A stretch of 64,000 nt of DNA from Octopus sinensis (taxonomy: Eukaryota), in assembly GCF_006345805.1 (NCBI RefSeq), contig NW_021825323.1, positions 1,054,001 through 1,118,000 of the forward strand, read 5' to 3'. Positions 23,700-36,672 of the stretch are shown here, piece by piece. The notes below the pieces were generated by a model. The model worked only from the letters and a program-made list of their open reading frames with translations, searched no databases and was not told the DNA's origin. Position numbers and translations under genes: made by a program. Every line of letters begins with the position of its first letter. Positions within the stretch are counted from its first letter, which is position 1.

Positions 23700-24684
23700 T
23701 TTGGATTTTTTAAAAAGAACTTTGGCCATTTTCCAGATTTTGTTGAAATTTAAGATAATAATATTTTTCGTGAGTTTTTATCGGTAAATTATTAAAAAAA
23801 TAAGTAATTCTTAACTTTCGACGCGCTACATCCAAATTACTTAATTTTTTGACTATTTCGAATTTATTAGCATCTAAAGATTTTGTTGAAATCTTAATTT
23901 TCATATATAGATTCTACAAAGTTTAAAAGAAACTTGTGAAACACTGATTCTGCTGTGTACAGTGTACATCTAAAGGTTGCGAGTTGTACTTTCAAAACTG
24001 CTGGAAATATCTCAAGTCTGAGAAAGGCTTTCACGGCAGCTGATCTAGATTTACTGGTTATAAGCTTAATAGTAAAGAGCCGAAATCTTTGAACGTTTTT
24101 GTCGATCAGTAATTTTTAGCAAATCATTTGTTCAATAAGTTTGCGCTCGCAGATCGAGCTTGGCCGCTCACTTCCTGACGTTTTTATTCTGTTTAAATTA
24201 AATATTTTATTTTTTTAAAAAATAAAATAAGTTGGTTAATGCAACTTTCTGTAAACAAGAAAACAAGAAAAAATCTGACTTTTTTTAAACAAGAAAAGTA
24301 CTTTTAAGTTTGTAATCTGATTTTTTTATCAACAAAGAAATAGAAGAAAGGCGCGACAAGGACGCAGTGTGCGTTGCCGCGAACGATGGCCAGACCGATG
24401 CGCTAGCGATCTGATTCTTATATTTGAATAAAAATACCTTTAAGCTTAATTTTTTTTCAATGGAAATTGTTAAAAAAATCTAGCTATTATGTACTGGCTT
24501 GCAGGATTGAAAGACAATTCCCGCGTAAAAAAGCCAGCGAGATCCTCTAAATAAGGAATATAAATTCCTTGGGATCTCTGGAGCGGTAGGTGCACAGGCG
24601 GCCAAGTTTCTTAAGATGAGCAAGCGTCTTGGCCCCAAAAACACAGAAATTAAGCTTAATTGTTTATTTTTATGTTTCCAATTA
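23700..24684. mobile_element. Older hAT (SPIN/GTF2IRD2-like) remnants
   Basis: AVKAFLRLE-like segment on the minus strand. 24480-24525 is similar to 55590-55635 (CTAGCTATTATG.ACTGGCT.GCAGGATTGAAAGACAA). GC-rich subterminal-like motifs are present. Confidence 0.4.
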
Positions 24685-25569
24685 GTTTAAAACAGGGGTA
24701 GGGAAAATACGGCCCGCGTATAGATAAATATTTAATTTGTACTTATGCCTAATGAATTAACATTGGATTCACGCTAATATTTTGTCATTTTGTTGGTTGT
24801 CTATTCATTAATGAAACAAAATATTTCTAACAAGCGTAAAGTTGACAGCGAGTGTCGAATTTTCAATGATTCTTGGACCCTCGATTATTTATTTGTTGAA
24901 CATAATGGGAATCCTTTTTGCATGATTTGTTTTGACAGAATCTCTGTAAATAAAATTTCAAACATTCGGAAACATTATGAATCATTTCATTCAGAATTTT
25001 TTTCTAAATTTAGGGGCCAAGAAAGAATTAATGAAGTTGAAAAATTCAAATGCAAATTTAAAAGTCAAACTTCATTTTTTCAAAAAAGTTCTGCCCTAAT
25101 TCATTCCTTCGGCCGTGCAAGCTGTGAAATTTCATTACTCATCGCCAAAAAAATGAAACCTTTTTCTGATGGCGAATTTGTGAAAGAATCGTTAATGATT
25201 ACTGCCGATATTATTTCCCCTGAAAAAATGCAATTTGAATCAATAACTTTATCTCCTAGAACTGTGATTCGACGTATTGAAGAAATGTCACAATGTCAAG
25301 CTATCATTAAATAATGCCTGCAAATAATTGGAATATTTTTCAATTGCACTTGAAAGTAGTACAGATAGGAAAGACAGAGCTCAGCTTTCTATTTTCATAC
25401 ATTTTCCAAATTTAAAAGAAGCAAAATCAAATGATATATCCATTTTTTAGATGTCCTTATCGAATTGAAATCCCAATTTTCATTTTGATTTTTGGACTTT
25501 AAAGCTCATTCGGACGAATTTAAAATGTTTTCTATATCTTAGAAATCAATTCAGCGAATTATTAATATT

Positions 25570-25995
25570 AAATCACCAAGACCACGCTAAAAACCGAACA
25601 AACGTCACGTGATCCCGATGCACTCAACCAGGGACCTCATCCTCGCTCGTTGATCTTTCCACGAGCCCACACAAGATCGCACTGGGCGGCAGGCCGTTTT
25701 TGGCGTAGCATTCGCTGACGGGCCCAGGTTCAGCTTTATGTGGTCTTCCAGAGAAGCTGGACCGGGGCGTTGGCTTTCATGTGACCAACGATCGGTTAAT
25801 CTGAGGGCCCTTTGTTGGGCCTCCTCGATTCGCCTCCTGTTGGACCACGATAGCCGCGGACCCCATGATCCGTAAGCGTAGGCAATACAAGGTTCGAAGT
25901 ACTGGCGGTAGATATTCGCCAGTACCGGGTGCGACCCGTTTTCCATATTCCGGATAGAGTTCGTAGTATGTTCAATTTTTTTTTCGCAGTTTGAA
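25570..25995 (-). mobile_element. I/Ingi/Jockey-type non-LTR 3' fragment nested in the hAT
   Basis: Reads KKLNILRTLSG...LANIYRQYFEPCIAYAYGSWGP...EAQQRALR. Shares about 80 bp with the copy at 37985-38075. Confidence 0.65.
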
Positions 25996-26375
25996 TGAAA
26001 TCTATCAATTGGAACTTATAAGTTTGCAGTCTGATCATGTTCTTAAAACGATTTTTATTCAAATCCTTGTAACATTGTGGAATTTTATGAGAAATATGTT
26101 CAACCGTGTGGAAAATATCCGCTGTTAGTAAACCATTCCAAAAAATGATATCTTTATTTGGAAGTACTTTTGTTTGAGTACAGTTATTTTCAAAAATGAA
26201 AAACACGAAAAACAATCATAGAATAAGAATTACGGACAATCATCTTAATAATGTTTTAATTTTAGCGTCCACGACCTATGCACCTAATATCGATAAAGTC
26301 TCAAACAATAAACGACAGTATATGAAAAATTAAACAGCAAATTCAATTAAAATAAAATTAACTCATTGTTTGGTT

Positions 26376-26661
26376 TTTGGATTTTATTTTATTAATAGAA
26401 GGACCAGAGAAAACTGGTCATTGGCAAATATCCAGAGTATTGCCTCTGACTATGGTCATTCGTTCGGTTAAATACCGGTGCTTACACGGGTCGCCGGAAA
26501 CCTTTTCGATTAATGAGCCAATCCGCTGGAGTAGGCTCCTGTATTCCTGACGTCTCAACAGCCAGGGGGACAAACATTCTGCCATTCCTAATTCCAGCGT
26601 ATTTCTCACTCTTTCTCTTCTCAGCCCGTTCGGACGGGGCTCCCAATTTTTCGATACACAG
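26376..26661 (-). mobile_element. Short CRE-clade retrocopy with 10-bp TSD, nested in the hAT
   Basis: Reads ...EFLRRQEYRSLLQRIGSLIEKVSGDPCKHRYLTERMTIVRGN-like RLE tail with an A-rich end. TTGTTTGGTT occurs at 26366-26375 and 26662-26671. Confidence 0.75.
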
Positions 26662-26901
26662 TTGTTTGGTTAAATAAAGTTTTATTCAATTAATTAATAT
26701 TAGCATTAAATAAGTAAAAAAATTATCCGGCCCGCGGACCAATAATTTTTTATAATCTCGCCCGTGAATTTGGAAATTCTGCCGACCCTTGGTTTAAAAG
26801 TTTGATTATTTTCAACAAAAAACCTAATGGATATTTTATACCAGTTTTATTTGATTTTATAAATTCAATATTTTTAAAAAATTTTTTATTTATTAATACT
26901 A

Positions 26902-29900
26902 ATGAATAATTTTATGTTACAGATTGCTTTTCTTTATTCGGTGATAATTTCTTTAAGACATTCATCTAACGATATCAATCAACAAAATGATCTAACTTGC
27001 TCTATATTTGAAGACGATAGAGTTGATTGTAATCCAGAATTATATGCGACACAATTAAATTGTCAAAAAAGAGGATGCTGTTGGAACGAACATCCGCAAA
27101 ATAAATCTGCCCCATTTTGCTATTTTGGGAAAAATTACGGATTTTATAATGTTGAAAATATAACCAGGAAGGATTCCGAGATAAATATTATTCTTAAACT
27201 AGAAAATGATGCATATTCTTCAAATCTTATAAAAACTCCAGTCGTAAATATAAAGTTTACAACTTTGGACACATTGAACATCAAAGTATCCATTTTTTAT
27301 ACCAAAATCAGATTTACGATGCCTCTAGTGATAGATTTGAAGTTCCGCTTCCATTAAATCGGGATCATAGTAAACAGATCGATTCAAATTATGAAATTCA
27401 CATTGAAGAATGTCCTTTTGCTATCATAATCGAAAGAAAAGCTCCAAATTTGATTCTGTAATATAAATCTTACTATAACATTAAGATTTGATTCCCGTGC
27501 GGGACCTTTAGTGTTTGAAGATCAATTTTTGTCAATTTCCACGGCAATAGGGGGTCACTCTATCTACGGAATAGGAGAAAGATGGGGACCGACAAAAATT
27601 CCATTCGAGTGGAATTCTTATCCACTCTTTAACGCAGATCATCCTCCGAGAGTTGGAATAATTATTTTGTTATTTTAGGTTGGTACAAACGGCTATGGAA
27701 CACACCCGTTTTTTATGGTTTCTGACAAAAACAGTGCTTATGGAATATTGTTTTATAACAGCAATGCACAGGGTGGTTTTTTATTTGTTTATTGCTAGAG
27801 TTTGTCACTCAGCCATCACAAAAAATAACTTGGAGAAGCATTGGTGGAATTTTTGACATTTTTATATTTGCCGGCCCCTCTCCTTTGGATGTTGTTAGAC
27901 AATATACTGGGTTGGTGGGACGAAGTGTGATGCCTCCTTATTGGTCGCTTGGTTTTCATGTCTGCAAGTATGGATATAAAAGTACAGATGAAATAAGAGA
28001 GGTTGTCCGAAAGCTTAGGGAAAAAGGCATTCCTCAGGTCTAGACTAAAAAATCAAATACTAGGAAGCTCAATGGACTGACATTGATTATATGGACAAAT
28101 ATAGGCAATTCACTTTTTCGTGGGATGGATTCGGAGATTTAAATGAAATGGCGAATGAAATGAAGCAAGATGATATTCGTTACGTAATAATTTCAGTAAG
28201 AATGTCTTTTTTGTTATAATTAGGAACCTCATATATCTATCGATAATTCATTATACTTTCCCTATAAAGATGGTCTTCAAATGCAAGCTTTTATTCGTGA
28301 CTATACAAACCAGTCATATATTAAAGCAGAAGTAAAATCGTTTGCTAAATACTCAGTCTTGGCCTGGGAATTGCTACTATATCGATTTCGGGAGTAAAAA
28401 TGGATCAGATTATTGGAAAAATCAATTGAAATATTTTCACAAGCTTGTTAAATTTGATGGAATTTGGATTGTGTTGATTTTCTTACATGTCTTAGGATAT
28501 GAATGATCCTTCAAGTTTTTCAGCAAATTGTAACTCAGGGAAATTGAATTATCCAGACTATGTGCCTCATAGTATTCTTTGATTCATTATATATTTAGAT
28601 ATGTATTTTAGTTCCTTATTTCAAAATACGCTATGTATGGATAGCATTCATAGCATTGGAATTCACTATGATGTTCATAATGTGTATGCAACTATTGAAG
28701 CACGAGACACATACAAGTCGTTATTATTTATGATTATTTCAGTGCTTTAAAATATATTAACAAATATGAACGACCTTTTATTATTTCTCGATCCAGTTTT
28801 GTATCTCATGGATCTTTCTCGGGAACGTGGAGTGGTGATGTGTTTTCTACATTCCAGGATATGAAATATACAATATCATGTATAAATATATATGTTAACA
28901 TTAGCAATGATACGAATGAACATGTTTGGAATATCTTTAACGGGAAGTGACATTTGTGGCTTTTTAAACTCAGCCGACGAGGTTCTTTGCACTCGGTGGT
29001 ATTTTCTTGGTGCTTTCTATCCATTTATGAGAAACCATGCCGACCATCAAGTAATTTCTTTTTAATTTTTAGGATAAAACTCCATTTGCCTACGGGGAAA
29101 ATATGTCATCGGCCATTAAAAATATAATTTTGGAAAGATACAGATTACTGCCTTTCCTTTATACATTGTTTTATGAATCGAACACTTTTGGAGATCCTGT
29201 GATTCAACCTCTTTTTATGAAGTAATTTTTTTAATATCAAGCTTTTTTAAGGTGGAACGAAGATTTGAACACTCATATGATTGATGAGCAGTTTACTTGG
29301 GGTTCTATCATTTTATTTTCACCTGCTTTTGTATAATTTACTGATTTTACTAGTTAAGGATAACTCTACAGTAAATGGATACTTTCCTAAGGGAATTTGG
29401 TATGATTATTGGGATAAAAGTGCACCATTTTATTCAAATGGAGAGTTTTTAAAAATGGAAACTCCTCTCGATAAAATTAATATTCATGTGTTGGGCGGAA
29501 ATATTATTCCTGTCCAAAAACCAGAAATTAGAACAACAAAAAGGCACTATGGCCGTTATTTTTATATTTAGCCGAAAGAATCCGTTCAATCTGTTAGTTT
29601 ATGTCAATAGTACTGCGTGTGATGAAGTCCTGGCTTATGGGAAACTTTTTTGGGACGACGGTATATCACAAGGTCAGGCTTATAAATTTATTTAAAGATA
29701 CGTATAAATCCGGAATGTACAATTTATTTGAATTTACTCTACGCTGTTCTAATCAAAATGTATTATTATACAAGTTTATATTAAAGTACGAATTAGTTTC
29801 TAAACCAACTGTCTTATTGTATGACACACAAATGCTCCTGAGCCACGTCGAGATTAACGGCGTTGAGATTCCTAGCGGAAATGTTAAATTAAATGGAAAA

Positions 29901-30021
29901 AATACGATATTTTATTATAACGAATTACTCAAAGTTTTTTATTTTTGTTGGATTTTAGATGATGGTTGTCGACACATTTAATTCTTCTCTCATTGGGGAA
30001 AATATTATTTCGTGGACTTAA
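26902..30021 (+). CDS. GAA: GH31 lysosomal alpha-glucosidase / maltase-glucoamylase-like with signal peptide and trefoil domain
   Basis: Trefoil CSIFEDDRVDC...CQKRGCCW...PFCYF. Further motifs MPPYWSLGFH, QWTDIDYMD, WI/DMNDP, HYDVHNVY, RPFIISRS, WSGD, GSDICGF, LGAFYPFMRNH, GYFPKGIWYD, SRKNPF and GKLFWDDG. About 15 micro-introns. Confidence 0.93.
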
Positions 30022-31044
30022 CTTGATTTCGTTAATTAATCTTACTAATCATAATTATAAAATTCAAATTGTAAGCAGTTGCCTGTGACATAAAAATTTA
30101 ATTAGTTGCAATATAAATGTACAATATTAACTTTAGTATTTTCTAAATTATATATTTGATGCTTCGGATTCCCTGTCAATTTTTTTCTGGGAAAAATTTG
30201 TTTTGCTTCTTTCAGCTTGTGTTAGAAATCTCATTCCTCAAAGTTCAAGGCTCCTTAAACTCCCCTATTATTTCAGACATGTCCACTTTTAACCAAATTA
30301 TTTTATTTTGAAAACATTACTTCTTTGATTGAGCACAACTGACATGTTCAGAAACAGAATATATCACATAATAAAAGCTCTCGGATTGGTCAAAAAAGTT
30401 TTTGGCCTGTGTCTATGCAATCCGACCTATCACTTCTACCGATTCTGTAATTCAGCCATCTGGTTTCACTCTTAAAGCAAAACATCCTAATCAGATATCC
30501 AATATATTCACCTAGTTCTGATTTTTCTTAATTATTAACTCAAATCAGCGGATTTTTTTCTCTATAAGTAGTGTTAAAGTATTGACGGTTCTGTCCTATT
30601 TATATAAAGGATCTGTTAACTCTACTCCGCCTTTTCTTCTTCTCCCATTACCCTTTGGAGTTTTTTAAAGCTGGATTATTTAGCTATTTCTAAAGATATT
30701 TATCATTTGTTTACTAGGATTTTTTTTGAGCAACCTCACTTGTTTGGAAAGAAAGATTTTTTCCAATCGCAATGGGCTTTTCTAATCGTCGATTAGTTTT
30801 GAAAATAGTTCCCTTTGCGTGGGTGTTGCTATCAGATTAGATTTCCGGTTTCTGTTAACATTATCACCTTAGAGGAATAATGAGAGAGGGGATAAAAATT
30901 TTTATTTTAAATAGATTTTTATCATAAAGCAATTTATTGTTTTTAATTTGTAAAGTTGATGTAACTATTATTTTCTTAATTAAAAAAAATTTGCAAATTT
31001 TAATTAAATTATAATCTTGTGGTCATGGTGTTAAAGTTTATTCA

Positions 31045-31236
31045 TTGGAAATGTATTGGTTTTTACAGATTGACTTCAACCAAAAACCACTTCCCGATTA
31101 TAAAATGTTTCAAAAATCCTTAAAAGATAATAAATATGATAAATCCACCAAACCAGAAGAACGTGGCGGTCCAAAAGGACTAGAACCCACTAGATATGGA
31201 GATTGGGAACGAAATGGACGAGTTTCTGACTTTTGA
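31045..31236 (+). CDS. SDHAF4: Succinate dehydrogenase assembly factor 4 (DUF1674)
   Basis: The C-terminal signature ERGGPKGLEPTRYGDWERNGRVSDF* is present; the true start or first exon is uncertain. Confidence 0.85.
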   Translation: MEMYWFLQIDFNQKPLPDYKMFQKSLKDNKYDKSTKPEERGGPKGLEPTRYGDWERNGRVSDF

Positions 31237-31456
31237 TTTTTAATTTTAATATTTACAATTTTTAATATTATTTAAATTTATATTATAAGTTTTTATATAT
31301 TTTCAAATATTTATCATTTGATGAGAACTTTTTTTAGAAAAGTAGTAAATTTATTTTTAAATATATGTAAATTTAGACTGTTTATAAATTTAAAATTCTT
31401 AATTATTTTATAAATTATATTTATGAATACAAATTATTAAATAAAAGATAACTCGA

Positions 31457-32249
31457 ATGTCAACTTTTGCTGGGGATACCAACGACGCTCTTATCCGACA
31501 CCTCGTTGGTATTTTTCCACAAATTCTAATAAAAATAATAGAAAAACAATTCATTAAAACCAAATCAGTCAAAGATATTATGCTCTGTGTTGATAGAAAA
31601 TACTTTTGTAAAAATCGTCCATATTACGATTGCCCACAGAGTATCGACTTTGGGGTCACTATTAGTGCACCTCACATGGTTTTATAATAATTTATTCATT
31701 AGCACGCATTTGCTCTCGAATGTCTAAATCCTTATTTGACCTATGGTTCTAGAGTACTGGACGTTGGTTCGGGAAGTGGATATTTATCTCTCTGTCTTGC
31801 CCTTATGGTAGATGCTGATTTGTGGAATTTAAGGTCGGAGAGGAAGGATTGGTCGTTGGAGTTGATCACATTGACCAATTAGTCGATACTGCCATTAAAA
31901 ACGTGTTAAATATTCAAGAAAAGTTAACAAATAAATTTTTGAATAAATCACTTTTTTTCAAGTTGGCTGACGGTCGGCTGGGTTTGGGGGAAATGGCGCC
32001 ATATGATGCAATCCACGTGGGTGCTTCGTGTTCAGTGATCCCCCAGGAGGTTGACTGTTGGTCCATTTTTATGTCTAGTTGATTAGCCAGTTAAAAATTG
32101 GGGGAGTTTTATTAGCTCCAGTTGGGGGAAGTGAATCTCAAAATTTCAAAATGTGTGTTAAAAAACAAGATGGAAGTCTCACTGTAAAAGATTTGTTGTC
32201 CGTTCGTTATGTTCCTCTTACAAGTAAAGAAGACCAATTGAGACGATGA
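31457..32249 (+). CDS. PCMT1: Protein-L-isoaspartate O-methyltransferase
   Basis: Motifs YYDCPQSIDFGVTISAPHM/HAFALE, RVLDVGSGSGYL, DGRLG, PYDAIHVGA, LKIGGVLLAPVG and VRYVPLT. Four introns of 24-33 nt. Confidence 0.93.
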
Positions 32250-32713
32250 AATAATTGTTTATTTAACAATTAGATAATTTTAGTTACATTTGCTTTGTTA
32301 GTAATTTGCCGTGTGATTGTGAAAATTACTTAATATTAGCCGATTTCCATTTTGAGTTTATTTTTATCAATTTTGACCCCAAAATGAGACTTTATAGACG
32401 TGAAAATGCATTTAATAAAATATGGAGTGATTTACTATTTGACCATAAGTAAGGCCAGACCACAGATAACAGCAATCAGGGTACATTGAAATTATAAGTC
32501 AACCTATAAAATCACCTAATCTGCAATTTTTGCAAAAAACTGTTTTAATGATCATTTCAACCTGAGAATTCTACTTTTTGTATTTTCTTTGACTTATACG
32601 CTTCGGATGGAATATTTAATCTTTTTGTTTAATGGCTATTGTGTCTGAATTATAATGACATTAATTTTTAAAAAATAAAAATTTAATTTAAATCCACAAA
32701 TAGATTGAAAATA

Positions 32714-33130
32714 TCAGTTAACAGCACTGCTATCAGACTTTCGACTGTCGTTTTTACTAAGTTTTAATTCGTCGACTTTTTCATTTAAAATTTGATTCTT
32801 GAAAATTAGTTTATTATTATTAACCAATGTAGGGTTCCGTCGACAGAGAAGAAGTACATCATCGACGTTGATGGTCTTTCTTTTGGCGTGTCTATTTTAG
32901 TTTAATTGACTTACTCACTTGGAAAAAGATATGAGATCGGCAATAAATATTTCTACCTGATTTTCTGTTAGTTTTAAAAGAGCAGATTTAAATGGATTTG
33001 AGATTGTTATCGAATTTGATTTCTCTGCATAGTTACAAATTGTAGAAAGCAAGTCAGATAAGTAACAGAGATTAGTCTTTAAAAATAAAACAAGCATAGT
33101 TACACTAGAATGTGCTGTCAGGTCATCCAT
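32714..33130 (-). CDS. CENPS: CENP-S / MHF1 histone-fold protein
   Basis: Spliced reading gives ...IADLISFS/HAKRKTINVDDVLLLCRRNP, matching DLEAFAKHAKRSTI...DV.LL.RR of CENP-S. Two micro-introns. Confidence 0.8.
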
Positions 33131-35039
33131 TTAATTTATTTATTAAGAAAAATATTAAATCAATTATTTTTTAAATATTATTGAGGACTAGATTTATATC
33201 CGAGATCGCTTTTAATTCTTGGATTAAAGTTTAATATTTTGACAAAAATTGAATTTAACTATTTTTTTTACTATTGATTTTATATTTAAATACTTAAATG
33301 GAATTATATTTTGGACAGAAATTATCAATTAAAGATTAAAAATACAATATTTTTTCTTTTGATTGCTTGCATTGTAAGTATTTTTTAAGTATTTTATAAA
33401 ATATTATATTCATTGAATATAAATCAGGATTTAAACATAATTATGACAAAAGTTATTATGATTAACAAAAACTGTTGAATTTTGAAAAATTTTCTTAGTT
33501 GGTTCAAATAAACGAAACAAATAAAATTTCTTTAGCCAATCATCTCTGTTGACATTGATACACCTGATGAAGGAAGTATATTGGAATGTGCTTTAATTGG
33601 ATCTCACAAAAAAGATAAAATACAATAAATATTACTTTTAAATTCTTAGTATTTCATTAATAAATGGATTTCCCCGATTTATCAAACCAGAATTCACATA
33701 GTTAATCTAGGATCAAATTAATTTGATAATGGATTAATTCTAAGAAAAATTAACCTGATTGCTGACACTAATAAAGTTAGCTCAATTTAAATTAGTTTTC
33801 CAAAAATACCCAATGTATTCAAAATCCAGGAAATGAATATAAAATATTTGAGAGACAGATCAACAATGTTATGCATGATCCCAAGAATTTAAAAAATGAA
33901 AGCCCATAAAGATTAAAAATACAAGCAAAAATATTTTTCTGTGACGACAAGAATAGATAACATCAAAAACAACCCTGTTGGTGTTATTCTCAATATTTAT
34001 TCTAATTTGTGCTTGTTTTGCCACACATTTAGGAATTTGTTGATATTTAATTTTGACATAACATTTTTCTGGAGAAGTAAGTAGGATAAAGCATAGGAAG
34101 ACTACCCGCGGATTAGAATGTTTCCTAGTGTTTTGTTTGTATATTTTTCTATTAAAATAACAAAATAAATAGAATGGAAACAACTACCCGAGATTTATTC
34201 TATATTGCTATTGTGCCTTTAGGATATTTCTCGTCAAAGTTAGAGACATCGCAGGACATCAAAGCTGACTACACAAACTTAAAAGCTAATCGAATTCTAA
34301 AACTTTGATGGAATTCTTATTCATTATCCTCGAGATCACCTATTATGGAAAAAACTATATTTTACTTGGCAGACTAGTCTTTTAATAAATCTACAAAAAT
34401 CCATATTTTACGGATATTTGCCAACTTTATATAGTGTATGAATATTTTATGGGATTAAAAATTAGAAAATGCAAAAAATAAAAAATAGGAAATTAGAATA
34501 AAGGTGGGGAGAATTATTAATTCATACACCAGTCGCGAAGTAATTCTAAAAAAATCATAAGGCCTGTTCTAACTGCAAAAATAGAAAAACAATGTCGTTT
34601 GTGGAAAAACTAATCAAAGAGTACAAATCTTCTTCTTTCTCACAAAAAGTCATTTTTCGCATGCAACTTTATTATTCATACGTTAGGTAGAGACTTTTTG
34701 TTTTCCAAGGTCATTCTAAAAACCATAGCCTTACCTAAAAGTGGTCCTGGTACCATTCAAGTATTATGTAGATCATTCCCAAATTCAAGTTTTTTTCCAA
34801 TTCTCCAATAGTCTTTTCTTAAGGCATACTGGTAGTGTGCTTCTTTAACTCCCACAGAACGCAAGACTCCAATTTGCATTGAACTATTCTTTCATGGCTA
34901 GATTGCATGGTATTTCGCAATTTAACCTCAAAAAATGTTCAAATAGTCTCAAAAATAACGATTATTGGTTCAGTGGATTATTTTAGTCTTTCCTGAGAGA
35001 ATAGTCTTATATCGGGAGAGATGCTTGTTCCATAACCTT

Positions 35040-35353
35040 ACAAGCAAACAACTGTCTGAAAACCAAAATGAAATTTGCCTAAAACTGGAATTACCGACTA
35101 CTAAAAATATAAACATTCTAAAATTATCCTGGAGAATGGTATAGGAAAAGAAATCCTGCTGTCTTCGTTCGCTGGAAAAAGGAAGCAAGGTAGACCGAAA
35201 CTAAACTGGACATCTGAAGTAGTGAAACTTACCGGACATCATTTGTCGGAAATAGCAGAGCTGGTGGGGGATAGAGTTTCGTGGAGGGATTTGTCTTACA
35301 GAATCGCCAATGGCCGGAATTGGCTGAATATGGCTTAACCTAACCTAACCTAA
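35040..35353 (+). mobile_element. RTE/BovB-like retrotransposon 3' end with (TAACC)n tail
   Basis: Reads GKRKQGRPKLNWTSEVVKLTG...GDRVSWRDL...RNWLN*, followed by TAACC x3 at 35336-35353. Confidence 0.7.
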
Positions 35354-36464
35354 AATTATCCATCAAATAAGACGATAAAGGGAACTAACAAACCAATACC
35401 TCGACAAAATCTTAACTGTCACAATAGGTACGAAACAGTCTGAAAAATTCTTTAACAATGTTATCAATTTGCAAATAGCTTTTTACCTTCTCGAGCAGAC
35501 ATAAACATCCACTCACTGCAGACTGGTTAATTTCGCTGTCTTGAAGTCCGGTGTGTTAATCCAGGAAGATAAAAGTAACTCAAACATCTCATTATCTCAT
35601 CTCTATCGAGAATAATGTGCAGAAAGATGGCATCTATTCGCATCGATTAAAAAATCTATACAAACCGATTTTTTGGAAAAATATGTCGACAAGACTTCTG
35701 AATTTCGTTGATGTAATTGACAAATTGCTAATTTTGCATGTTCTATTCTTGTTTTTATATTTTTTGACACTTTAAATGGAAAAACTAAAAAGACAGGACA
35801 GACAAGTAGTGGATTTGACATCGAAAACGCTTTTAGGGGCTTCAGAGGGGATAGAATAATGGAAATTGCGAAAAATAATCTCACAGATTCCCACTTTAAA
35901 GATTTGGTTCTCATTTGTTTATCTCATGATAGATATGTGAAAATCTGAGGTGAGAGTGACAGGCCGTCAAACTTGAAATGTCAGTTCTAAACAGTTTTTT
36001 TACTTTTGGTTTAATGTTTTGAATTTCTTGGTATAAATGATTTAAAGTTTCATTTTGAGTGTAACACGGCAAAACTATCCCTTCTACGTCTCCCAGACTT
36101 TGTCAGTCCACTATTTGAAAAACTACGCTCATTGTTGGCTTAAAAGTCTGCGCACCCACGATTACTTAAAATTAATTGTGGCAGAATAACTACTTTTTGT
36201 TTATAAATTGGCATGTCCTCGCTAGAAATGCCTACAATAGAAGTAGCAATGTGTTCTCGGTCGAGGGATGTCTCATCTCCCAAGAAGAGGTCTCAGATAA
36301 ACGATTTTTTGAATTTTTGGTCTACTTGACTGTTTCTATAGTTTCAATCCTTTAAAAGATTGCAGTAAGCTGAAGCTAGCTTGCCCAGAACACTGGTTAA
36401 ATTTAGGGCATAAGCAGTTAGTTTTAAATATTATTCACAAAGATCTATTGTTTTATTTTTTTAA

Positions 36465-36565
36465 AGATATCGCGAGCAAAATGCGCTGATCTCCGAAAGG
36501 AACTCCAGGGCTTTTGGGCCGATTATCCCACTCGTCTCGAAAGCCAGAGGGACGAAAAGGCAGGT
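36465..36565 (-). mobile_element. CRE-clade RLE remnant
   Basis: FVPLAFETSGIIGPKALEFLSEI matches the (F)xPxAVETxG motif of the other CRE copies. Confidence 0.55.
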
Positions 36566-36672
36566 TCACAAAGATTAACATTCAAAAACGGTTTTAATCC
36601 CAAAATAAGTGTCAGTTTATAAAATAAAGAAGCCGATTTAATACTCGAATAAACATTAAGAACAAATTCATG

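Larger units (their letters stand above)
24693..26791 (+). mobile_element. Internally deleted hAT DNA transposon (SPIN/GTF2IRD2-like) with TIRs and 8-bp TSD, carrying nested insertions
   Basis: Imperfect TIRs CAGGGGTAGGGAAAAT / reverse complement CAAGGGTCGGCAGAAT. TSD GTTTAAAA at 24685-24692 and 26792-26799. The ORF reads KRKVDSECRIFNDSW...CMIC...NIRKHY...KKMKPFSDGEFVKE...LSPRTVIRRIEEM. Confidence 0.87.

Noticed and set aside
35336-35353. (TTAGG)n arthropod-type telomere motif
   Set aside because: It sits directly after an RTE stop codon and is best explained as the element's microsatellite tail.
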